This document shows positions 13,451 to 26,199 of a stretch of 64,000 bases of DNA, one piece after another (the stretch's first letter is position 1; the number at the start of each line of letters is the position of its first letter). The notes beneath the pieces are model-generated. The model worked only from the letters and a program-made list of their open reading frames with translations, was not told the origin of the DNA and did not search any database. The position numbers and the translations under genes were made by a program. Source of the stretch: Felis catus (taxonomy: Eukaryota); contig NC_058368.1 of NCBI RefSeq assembly GCF_018350175.1, positions 44,890,001-44,954,000 of the forward strand, written 5' to 3'.

Positions 13451-15689
13451 GAAATTTTCTGGTGACTTATTTGCATTTTAATGGGAGTGAATATTTTTCA
13501 CATGCTGTAAAATCCTAAGTAGAAATATAAATTTAAAAAATATTGAGCACAAATTTTGACAAAATATTCTGTTTCCAAAGAAATATAAAACTGTAAAAAA
13601 AATGCATTGTGCTTAAGAGGTATGATTTTCACAGTTGTTTAAATTAGAAATGCTGAAACTTCTTTTTGTTTTAAATATATTAGAGGAAATTACTACATTC
13701 TTGAAGATCATCAGAGAAAGTTTACTCCTTGATGGAAAAGGAGATGAAAATACGGAAATGCAGAAGAGTAAAATAAATCCTATGATGCTGGATTGAAATT
13801 GGATATATCATTGTAAATTTATAGTTCTTAATAAAAAAATAGAAATACTGTGTGCATATGTGTGTACAGGTGTATGTAAATTAAGAGATGAGTGTGTACA
13901 TGTGTATCCTTGGGTAAAAAACTGACCACAGACAGTGCTGAACCAGGGAAAGCACAAGGGGATTCTGGAACATCATTCTTTTTTTTTTCAGAAAGTGAGG
14001 AAATGCTTACAAAGTGATGTGGGATATGTCAAAAGAACCAAAGGTGGTGCTTACATCTGTAAGCTCAACAACAGTACACTTTGGATGCACTTTTCTTTAT
14101 AAGAACGTTGTCAGGGAAAAGAGAGGAAGAAACGTCAATACAGGGCATTGTGATCTTAACATTTTCATTTTTTAAATCAGGAGAAAGTTTTAAAATTATT
14201 TATTTTTTAATTTGATGTGTTCATATCTTATTTCTATGTAAGTGAAAGGCGTGGTGAAAGCTAACTTTAACAATGAAAGACATTCCTTCTTTTAAGTGAA
14301 AACAGTCATTTAATATATACTTTATGCATTTAAAGACTACTTTATGGGATCCATGATTTTAACTATCCTATTAATATTAACGCCTAGGGTAGAAACATGT
14401 TCAAAATATTTAAAGTTATCAATTTGTTATAAATTTAATTGATCCATTAGTAACTAAACATGTCTTTTCTTTATATTCTAAAAGTCTGAAAAAATAGTAA
14501 AGACACAGATATCTTCAAATATTTATCTCATGCCAATTATATACATCAGTGTCAAATCAAAGGAACTTAACAGTCTATACTATGAAAATAAACTGCCATA
14601 AACCAGAGATATGTATATATTTCCTAGAGCACAAGAATATTAATATAAAGTTAATTGGTTTAATCTTACACATAGAAAGCCTTTATTTATAACAGGGTCA
14701 CATCCATATAGAGGAAAATAGGTGACCTGTGGAATTCGATCTTAATTACATGAAATCTTCTCAATCAACTATAATGTACAAAATATGTTACATTTTTAAT
14801 TCAGTAAGAGAAGTGCAAAAAAGTTTATACTGCATTTAGATTTAGTGACACATGAGATGTGAGTTAGATTTTGGAAGAGGGATTTAATGCATAACAGAAA
14901 ATAATATATTTATACATACATACATAACTTCTATTAATGCAAGGGAAGCAAGAGTAGAAAATACATAAAAGTGAATGCATGCAGCCATTCTCGAAAATCT
15001 TTCATTGAGGTCATCACAGATTTATTTCCTTCCAAATCTATTACTTGTCTAGCCCTACTTCAATTTACTGGTGGTTTTTAACATTGTTGACCTCCCCCTC
15101 TTCTTTAAATCCCCTTTTTAGCTAAGGCAGTACAGACTTTCTTATCTCAGCTTACTTCTGATTCTTTGACTTCTTTCTCTTCTTCCTTCTTGACCCTCTC
15201 ATTGCCCTAGGTGTTTTTTTATTTTCCTCAGAATTTTCTCTAAATTTTTGACTTAACACTGACTGTTAAGTGAGTCATCCTCTTCAGAATCATCCTCTAG
15301 CATAGCCTTTATTATTACTGTTATGGTGGTTTTAAATCTTGCCTTGCATCTCAAATGCCTAGAGAAACTGCTCACCAGATATCACAGTATTTCAGATGCT
15401 CTAAACCAAACTCAGAGTATTCCCTGTGAGATTTCTGTATTCATTTTTATTTCTCTGTTACTGATTGGCATACCACCAATATATTGAACTTTCAGAGTAT
15501 ATATTACAAAGTCATTATTTACGTCTCCTCTTTAATTGCCTATATCAAATATGACACAAAATCCATATTCTCTTTTGTATTGGACTTTGAGGTTGCTACC
15601 CAGACCCCCTTTATCTGTCACAACTATGCCCTCCAGTGCCAGTGATATTATCATCTAACTGCTATCCCATCTCTAGAATCACACTTGGT

Positions 15690-16040
15690 GGAACAGGAGC
15701 TGCCTCCCTGGGATTTTATGTGTTCAGTTCTTCCTACCTCATCCCCTGACCCTCACAACCCCTCCCTCAACCTGTGGGTGGGCCCGATGGCAATGAATAA
15801 TAGAAGCAGAGTGTAAAATGTTGTCTTTTTCCTCAAAGTGTGACTAACTCTGCAGCAAGTCATGTGCCAGAGCTTCTTGGGAATTAAAGATAAAATAAGG
15901 CTTCAGGTGAGACTACATCTTTGATTTGCTCCTTCCTCTGCCCTATCCTTTTCCCTTTCTTCTGAGGATGCTCTTTAAATAAACCTGCCTACCTGAATTC
16001 CAGTCTCCAGCTCTACTTCCAGGACACCTTACTTAGGACA
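15690..16040 (+). mobile_element. LTR16-like ERVL LTR relic
   Basis: Locally higher GC; 3' end aataaacctgcc...ctccagctctacttccaggacaccttacttaggaca resembles LTR16-family ends. Confidence 0.45.
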
Positions 16041-16224
16041 CATATCTCCAAAATATTTCTCAGTTCATCTCTTTCTCTATATTTATACAGTACTCATTTC
16101 ATGCCTGGATTAACTTCAACAGCTTCCTAGATCATTAACTAGTTTTGGCTGTCCCCATTTTCTGTGTTTTCTAAAGTGGTCCCATTTTTGTAAATTATGA
16201 TAGTTGTTAATATATTGTTTCTAC

Positions 16225-16460
16225 AGAACTACCTGGGTTTGAATTCTACTTCTACGTCTTGTTAAATGCATAACTTGGATGAATGTCTTAATTTCTCCAT
16301 TTCTCCATTTTCTATTCTGTAAGAAAAAGGTGGGGGAAATAAAGATTTCTTTCCATTTCAGGACAAAATGGGTTAGTATATTCAAAGTACTTCCAACATG
16401 GCCTTGCACATAAGCAGCACAGTGAATGTTAACTAGCATTAGGCCTATTATTATTATTAT
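16225..16460 (+). mobile_element. MIR relic
   Basis: cctgggtttgaattct...ttctgtaa...cacataagcagcacagtgaatgttaact followed by an (att)n tail. Confidence 0.6.
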
Positions 16461-17109
16461 TGACTTAATTATGTTATACCACTCTTCAGGAACCTACATG
16501 AGCTCCTAATTATGTACATCATTTGAATTTAAATTTCTCTCCTGGTTTTCAAAATCTGTCATCATCATTTTTGCCCCATTTTACAGCTTAATTCCCCAGT
16601 ATTTCCAATATAAATGGTTCCACTTCACTAAGCCAGTATCTCACAATTTCCACAAATTCTTTACTTCTCTATTTTTCCATATTATTATCATAATCTAAAA
16701 TAGCACACTTGTTCTTTTCCACTAGGCTGACCTCAAACAGAATTTTTCAGAAAAACTGCTAATTTCCTTATTTGATTATCTCTGCATTTGGAATCAAAAC
16801 CATATATTTCCATTTGCAGTTAAGAAATATATGATAACTATTATAACTTTCTTAATTGTCATAGGGGTTATTCTTTCCTCCTCAAAATTACTGTAAACTT
16901 CACACGGAAAAGGTCATATTTTATAATCCTTTTATATCACCAAAAGGGAATAGACCAAGGCATACATGTTTGATATACATTTTTTTTCATGCAATGAAAG
17001 ATGTTTCATGTACTGCAGAATATCAGTAGTACACATAAAGAGGACATTAAAATGATACCTAAATGATGGGTAAAAAAAGTAAGACAAAAGTTTTTCAGCT
17101 TCTCTTATC

Positions 17110-17198
17110 TCTCCCTCTCCCAGTTTTATTGAGATATTATTGACATATAACATGGGTTTGTAGTATAGATTATGATTATTTGATATATATATATATAG

Positions 17199-17245
<47 letters not shown>

Positions 17246-19170
17246 AAGGGATTACCACAATATATTTATAATTGTTGCATTTTGTGGTGAATTGACTCCT
17301 TTATTATTATGTATGGTCATCTTTGTTTCTTGCCACCATTATGCTTTAAAGACTATGCTGTCTGATAAAAGGATAGCTATACTTGCTCTCTTTTTGTTTC
17401 CATTTTCTCAGAATATCTTTTTCCATTCCTTCATTTTTGAGACTATGTGTGACCTTGAAGCTGAAGTGAGTCTCTTGTAGGCAGCATATAGTTAGGTGTT
17501 ATTTTTTAATCCATTCATTCATTCTATACCTTTTGATTTCACAATTTAATCCTATTTTATTTAGAATATTTATTGATAGGTAAGAATTTACAATGCCATC
17601 TAGTTATTTTCTGGCTGTTTTGCATTCCTTTGTTCCTTTCTTCCTCTTTTGCTATCTTTCTTTGTGAATTAGTAATTTCTCATAATGTCATGCTTTGATT
17701 CCCTTTTTTTCTTTTGTGTATTTACTTTAAGTTTTTGTGCTGCAGTTACCAAGAGGCTTACATAAAACAGCCTATAAATGGAACAGTCTATTTTAAGGTG
17801 ATAACAACTTAACTTCAATCACATACAAAAATTACTTTTTTACTCCCTCCATATTTTGTTTTGATTTCACAATTTACCTCTTTATGTACTGTGTACTTTA
17901 CGTACTTTATATACTGTGTAATCATTAATTAATGATTACAGTAGTAAGTACTTTTAACACCTTTGTCTTCTTTTTTTGTCTTCTAATCACTTTATTAGCG
18001 TTAAGTGATAAACACATCATGACATTACAGTTTTAGATTATTCTGAATTTGACTATAGCTTTAGCTTTACTAGTATGTATTATACTTTCAAGTTTTCATG
18101 TTTCTAATTAGAATCCTTTCATTTCAACTTGAAGAACTCCTTTCAGCATTTCTTGAAAGGCAAGTCTAGTAGTGATGTACTTTCTCAGCTCATGATCTCT
18201 TGTGGCCTTGCATTGTTGTCTATGCATTCAAGGAAGGTGGTGTGGCTCTTCCAATCTTCACAGACTGGCTTGGGCAGGCAAAAACTTTCACCAGTCTGCC
18301 TATCCAGAGATCCTGGGTTGGCCATCTGGTGGTATCTGTTTACAGGCTTCATTCTGAAGTCCTTGAGTGGGCATGTCTAGTTTCTGGGTGAGCAGGTAAG
18401 TGGGCCTGACATTGGGTATGCAAGGGTCTAGCCTAGTGCTTGAGTATACAGGGGTAGGCCTGGAGCTTGGGATCACTGCAGTGGGCCTGGCATTTGAGTC
18501 TAAAGTGACTGGCTTGGGACCTGGATCTGCAGGGGCAGACATGGGTCCTGGGTCTACATGATCCAATCAGGTACAGGGACATTGGTTTGGGTCTGGCATC
18601 TGGCTCCATAGACCTGATTTGGTCGTAGTATGGTTTGGGAGCCTGGTTTCATGGGAGCCAAACTGGAGGCTTAGGGACATTGTATCCGGCTTGGTACTAG
18701 AGTGAGCATGGAGGTTGGGGCCTACGGAGTCAACTATAACCTGGGAGTTTGGGAGCCAGCCTGAAGGTTCTTTCTGCTGGGGCAGGTCTGGTGTTGAGAC
18801 AAGTAGAGAGCCTGAATCCATGGGAGCCAGCTTTGAGTTGAGGTTCTCAGGGTCCGGCATGACACTGGGGTGGGCCAGAGATCATAGGTACACAGGAGCT
18901 GGCTTGGTGCTATGGTGGCACAATAGCCTAGACCTGTGGTAGTCAAACTGGCTGGGCCCAGCCAGGGACCTGGGTTTACGAGAACATGCCTGCAGCCTGG
19001 GTTCCAGGTGACTGATTGGGGGTATGGGGCCACCAGGAGCCTGAGCCATGGTAGCAGGCCATGGCTGGGATGTGCTGGGAGCCCGTGTCCACAGGAGTCC
19101 TCTGGAAGCCTGGCACTATGGGCCCTGCCTGGGGCTGTGGGAGTTACCTGGGGCCACTGAATCCAACAGG
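17110..19170 (-). mobile_element. Old LINE-1 fragments: 3' end piece, ORF2 5' part, GC-rich repetitive segment
   Basis: gtgagtctcttgtaggcagcatatagtt and tgaagaactcctttcagcatttcttg are antisense L1 motifs. 18200-19170 is GC-rich with recurring gcctgg/gggcc units. Confidence 0.7.
17183..17243. repeat. (TA)n microsatellite
   Basis: Two AT runs, each followed by gtaaa. Confidence 0.95.
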
Positions 19171-19417
19171 CACAGGGATTTTTTTTTCTGAAGTTGATTC
19201 AGAGCTTTATTAACTATCAAGCTGATTGAGAGATTTAGATGGATGTTGGATTTAATAAAATAGGAGAAATGAGTTATTCCTCTGTCAGCACAGATAAACT
19301 ATGTAAATAAACTTTCCATCAGTACAGAGACACTACTACTTGCCTACTTCTGAGTATTAATATCTGTTGCTTATGAAAGTAATTTCTTTTTACTGTATTT
19401 AATATTTTAAGTGTTTC

Positions 19418-19646
19418 TTTTTTTAATTTTTTTAACATTTATTTATTTTCAAGGCAGAGAGAGAGAGAGAGAGAGTGAGTGAGCAGGGGACGGACAAAGA
19501 GAGAGAGGGAGACACAGAATCCAAAGCAGGCTTCAGGGTCTGAGCTGTCAGTGCAGAGCCCGACGTGGGGCTTGAACCCATCAACCATGAGACCATGACC
19601 TGAGCCGAAGTTGGACGCACAACCGACTGAGCCACCCAGGAGCCCC
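19418..19646 (-). mobile_element. Can-SINE
   Basis: Reverse head gagccacccaggagcccc; (GA)n. Confidence 0.92.
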
Positions 19647-20598
19647 ATGTTTTCAATTGCCGCTTTGAGTTTCAACTATTTTCATGATACTAGTGTTCAG
19701 TAAAGAACACACATATAAATATGAATATATATTCATAATATTCATATATATATATATATATTCTTAAAATAATTAAATATATTCTCAAACATTAAAAAAA
19801 ATGAAAACATAATATGGTGCTAAATGAAATGCCCAGGGTTTTGGTCTACAGAGCAGGATTCTTTCTGTCTGCAACATATTATCATTTAATTTTTTATTTA
19901 AGTCTTTATTTGATCATGAATTATTACACACTCATTCTAAAGAGTTCAAAGAATATCTATGTTTATACATTAAAACAATAGCTAGTCCCTTCTTTATCCT
20001 GACTACTCGTATTCTCCAGGTATAAGCTTTATTGACAGTATGTTGAATATCTTTCCACACTGTTTCTATGTACATAAAATTATATCTAATATTATTTCCA
20101 ACTTGGAGGATGTTAGCTATTTAAGATTTTCTCACTTATTTCTGTCAAATGCACTTACCCTTAATAATTTCTAGAGGGGGAAAAGACTTTCACAAGCTAA
20201 ATTATATTTCATTATATACCTGTATATTGTAACAGAGTAGGCCCTGAAAACCCCTTAAATCTCTTACCATTGAAAATTCGACTATCCAGTTATTAATATT
20301 GATCTGTCAGTCTAATTTTCAGTATCTGACCTCTCTGATTATAGGAAGACTACATAGCAAAAAATTCTATATAATTAGTACTCAGGGATTTATGTTCAGT
20401 TTTTTGGTTCATTTGTTGTTAATCAATTATTCTGGGCCATTTTATGAGAAGTTTATATTTATTTTAGAATTCCTCTGAAAACTTAAAGCACAGATGAATT
20501 CAGAATTGTGATTATTTTCCATGACAAAAAATGTATTAATGTGTCATCTTGAGTGTAATTAACTTTTCAGAGCTAACTTACTTAAATATATGCCTAGT

Positions 20599-20826
20599 GG
20601 GGCACTTGAGTGGCTCAGTCAGTTGAGCATCTGACCCTCAATTTCAGCTCAGGTCATTACCTCATGGTTCATGAGATTGACCACTGCATCAGGCTCTGAG
20701 CTGATAGCATGGAGCCTGTTTGGCATTCTCTCTCTGCAAGTCACTCTGACCCTCCTCCACTTGCACACACATGTGCACTCTCTCTCTCAAAATAAATGAA
20801 TAAATTTTCAAAATAAATACATAAAA
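20599..20826 (+). mobile_element. Can-SINE
   Basis: Head and tail; degenerate TSD aaatatatgcctag / aaaatatgctgag. Confidence 0.88.
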
Positions 20827-21747
20827 ATATGCTGAGCAATAACCTAACATACCTATATGAACATGGCATTTCATAATACATTCATAGTTGTGACTTATAT
20901 CAGGTTAAAAACATATATACAATATAACCAATACAAAAACAAAGGGTTTTATGGAGAGCTCTTTAATGGCCATAATCTGTTAATTTAAATAGGGATTAAT
21001 ATGAAAGTTTTGAATGATGAGATAATAAAATGAAATTAAATATATATGACTTTAAGAATGGATATTTAGTGAGTACTTATCACACTAAATTTCAATGTCT
21101 TTCCTAAAGGAGCAGTAGACCTTACTGAAAGTTATTTCTTTTTTCATTATTTGAAATTATTATAATAGTCCCTTGTTCCAGTGCTAATGATCATATCATC
21201 ATATATATTTTGCCTAAAGGCAATATTCATCTGTACTAATCGAAATATAACAAAATAACTTCAAAATCCATTCCTTCATTACTATTTCTAAGATGATTAT
21301 TTGTTTAAAGCAAAGAGCTAATCACTCATTCATTACTATCATTTCACTGTGCAAAAGTACAAATAAAGAGGGGCATTGTATCTGCAATTACTAAAAACAG
21401 CACTTGCCTTTTTTCAGGTGCCTTATAAATATTTCCCCACATATTTGTTAATATATGTTTAACTTAGAATCATAACTATGCAAATTACTTGTAAAATAAC
21501 AGTACTAAAATTTTAAGCCATGGTGTAAAGAAAATATAAATTCTTATTTGCATCAATTTAGGATATAGACTTAGATTAAATTTTTTCTTGTCACATTTAA
21601 GGGAAATATAGATGACCAACAATAATATACTTGTTTTAATATCTGTTAACTATATAAAATATTTTAAATGTTCAGAGTAATATGTATAAAAATAATACAT
21701 TACTCAAATGTTTTAGAATATCTGAAATTAGAAACAATATTATTTCT

Positions 21748-22200
21748 GGGACATTTGGGTGGCTCAGTTGGTTAAGTGTCCAACTTCAGCTCAAGTCATG
21801 ATCTCACAGTTTGTGAGTTTGAGCCCCGTGTTGGATTCTGTGCTGATGGCTCAGAGCCTGGTGCCTGCTTCAGCTTCTGTGTGTGTGTCTCTCTCTGCCC
21901 CTCCCCTGCTTGCACTCTGTCTCTCTCTGTCTCAAACATAAATACACAGAAGGGGTGCTTGGGTGGCTCAGTCGGTTAAGCATCCAACTTCAGCTCAGGT
22001 CATGATCTCACAGTTTGTGAGTTCTAGCCCAGCGTCGGGCTCTGTGCTGACAGCTCAGAGCCTGGAGCCTGCTTTGGATTCTGTGTCTCTCTCTCTCTGC
22101 CAAACCCTGCTCACACTCTTTCTGTCTCTCTCTCTCAAAAATAAACATTAAAACAAATTAAAAAATAAATAAAGATTAAAACAATTTAAAATTTAAAAAA
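21748..22200 (+). mobile_element. Two tandem Can-SINEs (21748-21945 and 21952-about 22200)
   Basis: Two heads; outer TSD gaaacaatattatttct / gaaatgacattatttct. Confidence 0.9.
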
Positions 22201-22305
22201 GAAATGACATTATTTCTTAATCATCTGGATTATTATAAAATAACTTGCATAATTAAATTATTTATAAAATAATATTAACAATCTAGATTTAAAAAGTAAC
22301 AAAGA

Positions 22306-22499
22306 GGGGCTCCCGGGTGGTTCAGTCAGTTGAACATCTGACTTGATTTCCACTCAGGTCATGATTTCATGGTTAGTGAGTTTGAGACCCTCATCAGGCT
22401 CTTTGCTGTCAGCACTGAGACTGCTTTGGACCTTCTATTCCCCTCTTTCTCTGATCCTCCTCCAATCATGCTCTCTCTGTGAAAAATAAATATTTATAA
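22306..22499 (+). mobile_element. Can-SINE
   Basis: Perfect TSD aaaaagtaacaaaga. Confidence 0.9.
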
Positions 22500-23734
22500 A
22501 AAAAGTAACAAAGAAAAGAATGTAAAATATAATTAATATGGGAGGATTGCTCAGTATATTGGTTACAAATGCTTCAAATGAGAAATCTTAAATTACTACA
22601 AATAAAAGTCTTAAAATATGACTGTAAATTATGTGAAACATTGCTCTTTTTAAAAAAATTAATGACCATTTGTTGTGCTGATATACTTTTGAGTTGATTG
22701 AATCTCTCTCTCTAGACGCACACACACACACATATATATATGTGTGTGTGTGTATGTGTGTATATATACGTAATTATTTAACCAATTTGTAAGTTAAATG
22801 AAGTAAACTTAGTTACATTCTCAAAGAAGAATATCTCTTACATTGAAATTTTTATCCAGATGTTAGTTCCGGATAATTAGCATATTTGCCACACATATTA
22901 CAATATCGAATATCTCAATAATAATGACTATTTGTTAATTGTTTTTTTGCCAATAATAATGCAATTTCATAGAAATATTTGAAAATGCGTGTGAATATTA
23001 TATAATTAGAATTGTCTCTATAGTTAGATGATCGATTGAAAACTACAGTAGTTATTCAATGTTAAATGTTCCCTCCTATGCATTTCTAAGTGTACCAAAT
23101 TCAATATTCACATTTTAATATTGCTATCATAGTAGAAATATACCCTCATTCTTCAGGAATGAAGAATGTGATTGTCAGCACTTAGATGTATATATATTTC
23201 TAGGTAGTAAAATTTAAGTTAAAAAATATAGAAAATAGGAATACGTTAAAAATATTTTTTATATGTTGGTAACATCTTCTTTCTACTAATCAATTAGTGT
23301 TAATAATTAAACAACATATATCAAGGTAATCTAAGATTATTTGCCTATATATTCAAGTATTTAAAATAATAAAATAATAAGAATTCAAACTAAATTTAAT
23401 TCTTTTCTCAATTAAAATTTCACATTAAAAAATTGAAAAAGTACAAAATTGACCCCAAATTTAATGAATTTTCATAAGTAAACTGACAGGAAATTAATAT
23501 GGCACAAAGTAATTGGATGTTTAGTTCATGTAACTTGAAATTATTAATAATAAATATATAAGCAATGTTTAAAAATATATTAGCTTTCAAATATATTGGA
23601 CATTAAGAATAATATTAGTATGTCATACATTAAAAAATAATAATAAATGTAAAATAAAGATGTCATCATGAAGTATTTTGAATTTCCTAGTTGAAACAAA
23701 TAATGTATACTCAATATAACCTGATTTCCTTTTA

Positions 23735-23882
23735 TTTTTTATTTCTATTTATTTATATTTTTAAAGTAGGATTCATGCACAGCTTGGAGCCCAACACAGG
23801 GCTTGAATTCATGACCCTGAGAACAAGACAAGAACTGAGACCTAGAGTCAGTTGCTTAACCAACTGAGCAACTGAGGCACCC
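23735..23882 (-). mobile_element. Short Can-SINE variant without (CT)n
   Basis: Reverse head; perfect TSD acctgatttcctttta. Confidence 0.88.
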
Positions 23883-24467
23883 TAACGCCTGACCTGATTT
23901 CCTTTTAGTTTTGTCAGAAAAGTACATTTCATTTCAGATTTTAGGTACATTCTCCTATGTTAAAATGGATCTCCACTTAGTGTGATTATGTGAAACATAA
24001 AATGGAGTATTTATCAACCTTAGTTAGAAGAAGTTTTCTTTTTGAAGTATTTATATTTGCTTTATTTATTATAAAATGTTTACTCTAATGGCATTATAAA
24101 TCTCCCCCAAAATAAATAAAAAGTAAAAGAAAAATAACTTAAGCTCTCTTAAAAATATGGATCCTCAACTATTATAAATAGATTTAGCTATGATCATTTG
24201 ACAGAGATTAGTAGGATACATTTATATTATGATTTATAATTCTACAAATTTATCTCTATCCTTCATCTTTTTTTTTGCATTTGAATCATAGCACTATGAA
24301 AGATGACATGTGTTAATAGATGGAATATCAAATTATTCTTGATGTTCTTACTGGAAAATCTAATTTTCATTCACAGTAGGCTTTGACCATCTAATATGAG
24401 CCTGACAACATTTAAGAGCATAACAGCCATGTTATGGATAAACACATGAAAACACACAAGCACAATA

Positions 24468-24696
24468 CAGTAATCCTTAGTTTGCAAGCATAATTCATTC
24501 TGGAAACATGCTTACAATCCAAAACACTCATATATCAAAGTGAATTTCAAGAACAATTGGCTCGATCATGTGAAGTATCACATACTACCTACATTACAAG
24601 ACATCTCTTGTTTACTAAGTTAAAATTTATTAGAAATGTTTGCTCATCTTGCAGAACACTTGCAGACCAAGTTACATGCAATCTAAGATTTTACTG
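24468..24696. mobile_element. TcMar/Tigger-like MITE
   Basis: TA-cagtaatccttagtttgca ... tgcaatctaagattttactg-TA: imperfect TIRs with a TA duplication. Confidence 0.75.
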
Positions 24697-24852
24697 TATT
24701 TTTATAATAAAATATCCTGTATGTCATATATTTTATCATAAAATATCTAGAAATTCATAACAAAATATCAAAGTCAAAATATTTCAAATTGTATTTGAAC
24801 CCCTTTTTTTCTTCCATAAATCAGAGACTTGAGAACTTGAGTGCTTTAAACA

Positions 24853-25042
24853 CAGGGATCAGCAAACAATGACCCATGGACTAAATCTGGCCTGCTCCCT
24901 ATTGCACAACCCACAAGCTAGTTACAGGTTTTATATTTTTAAATGGTTGGGGAAAAAGCAAAGGATCAATATATTCCACAACATGTGAAAACTAAATGGA
25001 ATTCAAATCCCTTTGCCCATAAATAAAGTTCTATTGAACCAC
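24853..25042 (+). mobile_element. MER58-like hAT-Charlie relic (partial)
   Basis: cagggatcagcaaac...aaatctggcctgc...tttttaaatggttgg...cataaataaagttctattgaac is typical of MER58B. Confidence 0.7.
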
Positions 25043-25158
25043 ACACACAAAAAATTAGATGCTTAACTCTCTAATCATATAATGTTTTACATCTACATAC
25101 CAGAGTATCATTTCCAAATATATGAATGCATGTATCCAATTAAGACAGGTTACTATAC

Positions 25159-25341
25159 CTGTGCGCAGGTATCTTTCGGTTCCCAACAATGAGGATAACA
25201 TCACAGAGTTGCTGTTGTTTCAAATAACTTTCCATTTTTCTGAAGGTTTGCTCAGCATGGTGAACGGCCTGATAGAATTCTTCAGAGCTACTGGAGTCCA
25301 TATCACTTTGAGGTGTCAGTGAATGGCTAGTTGCTGACAAC
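25159..25341 (-). CDS. KLHL1: Kelch-like protein 1, internal coding exon (probably exon 2); start of the BTB/POZ domain
   Basis: Minus strand reads ...gacttgcAG|G TTG TCA... to ...CAC AG|GTatag: 183 nt, phase 2 at both ends. Translation [61 protein letters not shown] matches KLHL1 as I recall it. Confidence 0.95.
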
Positions 25342-26199
25342 CTGCAAGTCACATACAAAAAAGATGGTGTTTATAAAGTGCTAGGAGTTGACCAAAATGA
25401 CACACAGAGTTTTAGAATTTTATAGGGAAATCAATGCATCTCTTCTTATGTCCATCATTGTTAATGTAAGTCAGAAAAATCTATTTAGGGTGAAATAACT
25501 TGCGCTGGAAGCCATAAATGAATTGTTAATTATCTTTTTTTCTTGTCTTAAAATGATTTAAAAGATAGGTTATCTGTATTTATTAGGATATTAAATTAAA
25601 AAACCAAAAAAGTAACAGAAATAGTCAATTACGAACATGCACGCCTGTTCTAAAATTGATTACTAATAAAATGTTAATTTAATACATTTGAAAATGAGAT
25701 AGATTATCTAATTATACTACCCTAAATTACGATTCCTATGAGGTTATAATAAATGTTCCTTTACAGAAGTAGGTGACTTTTATTATGAGAAATTATGACA
25801 CATGGTTTGTAAAAAAGATTGACAATAAATTTGAAATTAAATTGTTGAGTTTTATATTCCACACCCAACTGATTAAATATATATACAGCATGCAGTAGCT
25901 CAACAAGTACTTTGAAATATATATATATATCAAATATATATATAATATGTATGTATGCATGCATATACACATGTGCATACACATGTATATATGCATATAC
26001 ACATATGAGTATATTTAATAAACTTTAAATTTTGAAAAAATTAATACTGAATTTTGGCTACTGCATTTATTAATATCATAGACTGTTTCACAATGAAGAC
26101 ATTGAAATACCATGCTCCATATCAAGGAGAAGACTCTATCAAAATGTGAATGGTAGGCCCAGAAGACCCAACCAAGTGTTTGATAACAATAATAATGAA

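Noticed and set aside
25140..25358. 72-aa ORF as a standalone gene
   Set aside because: Its ATG and stop lie in intron sequence; only 25159-25341 is exonic. The opposite-strand 25122-25322 ORF is its shadow.
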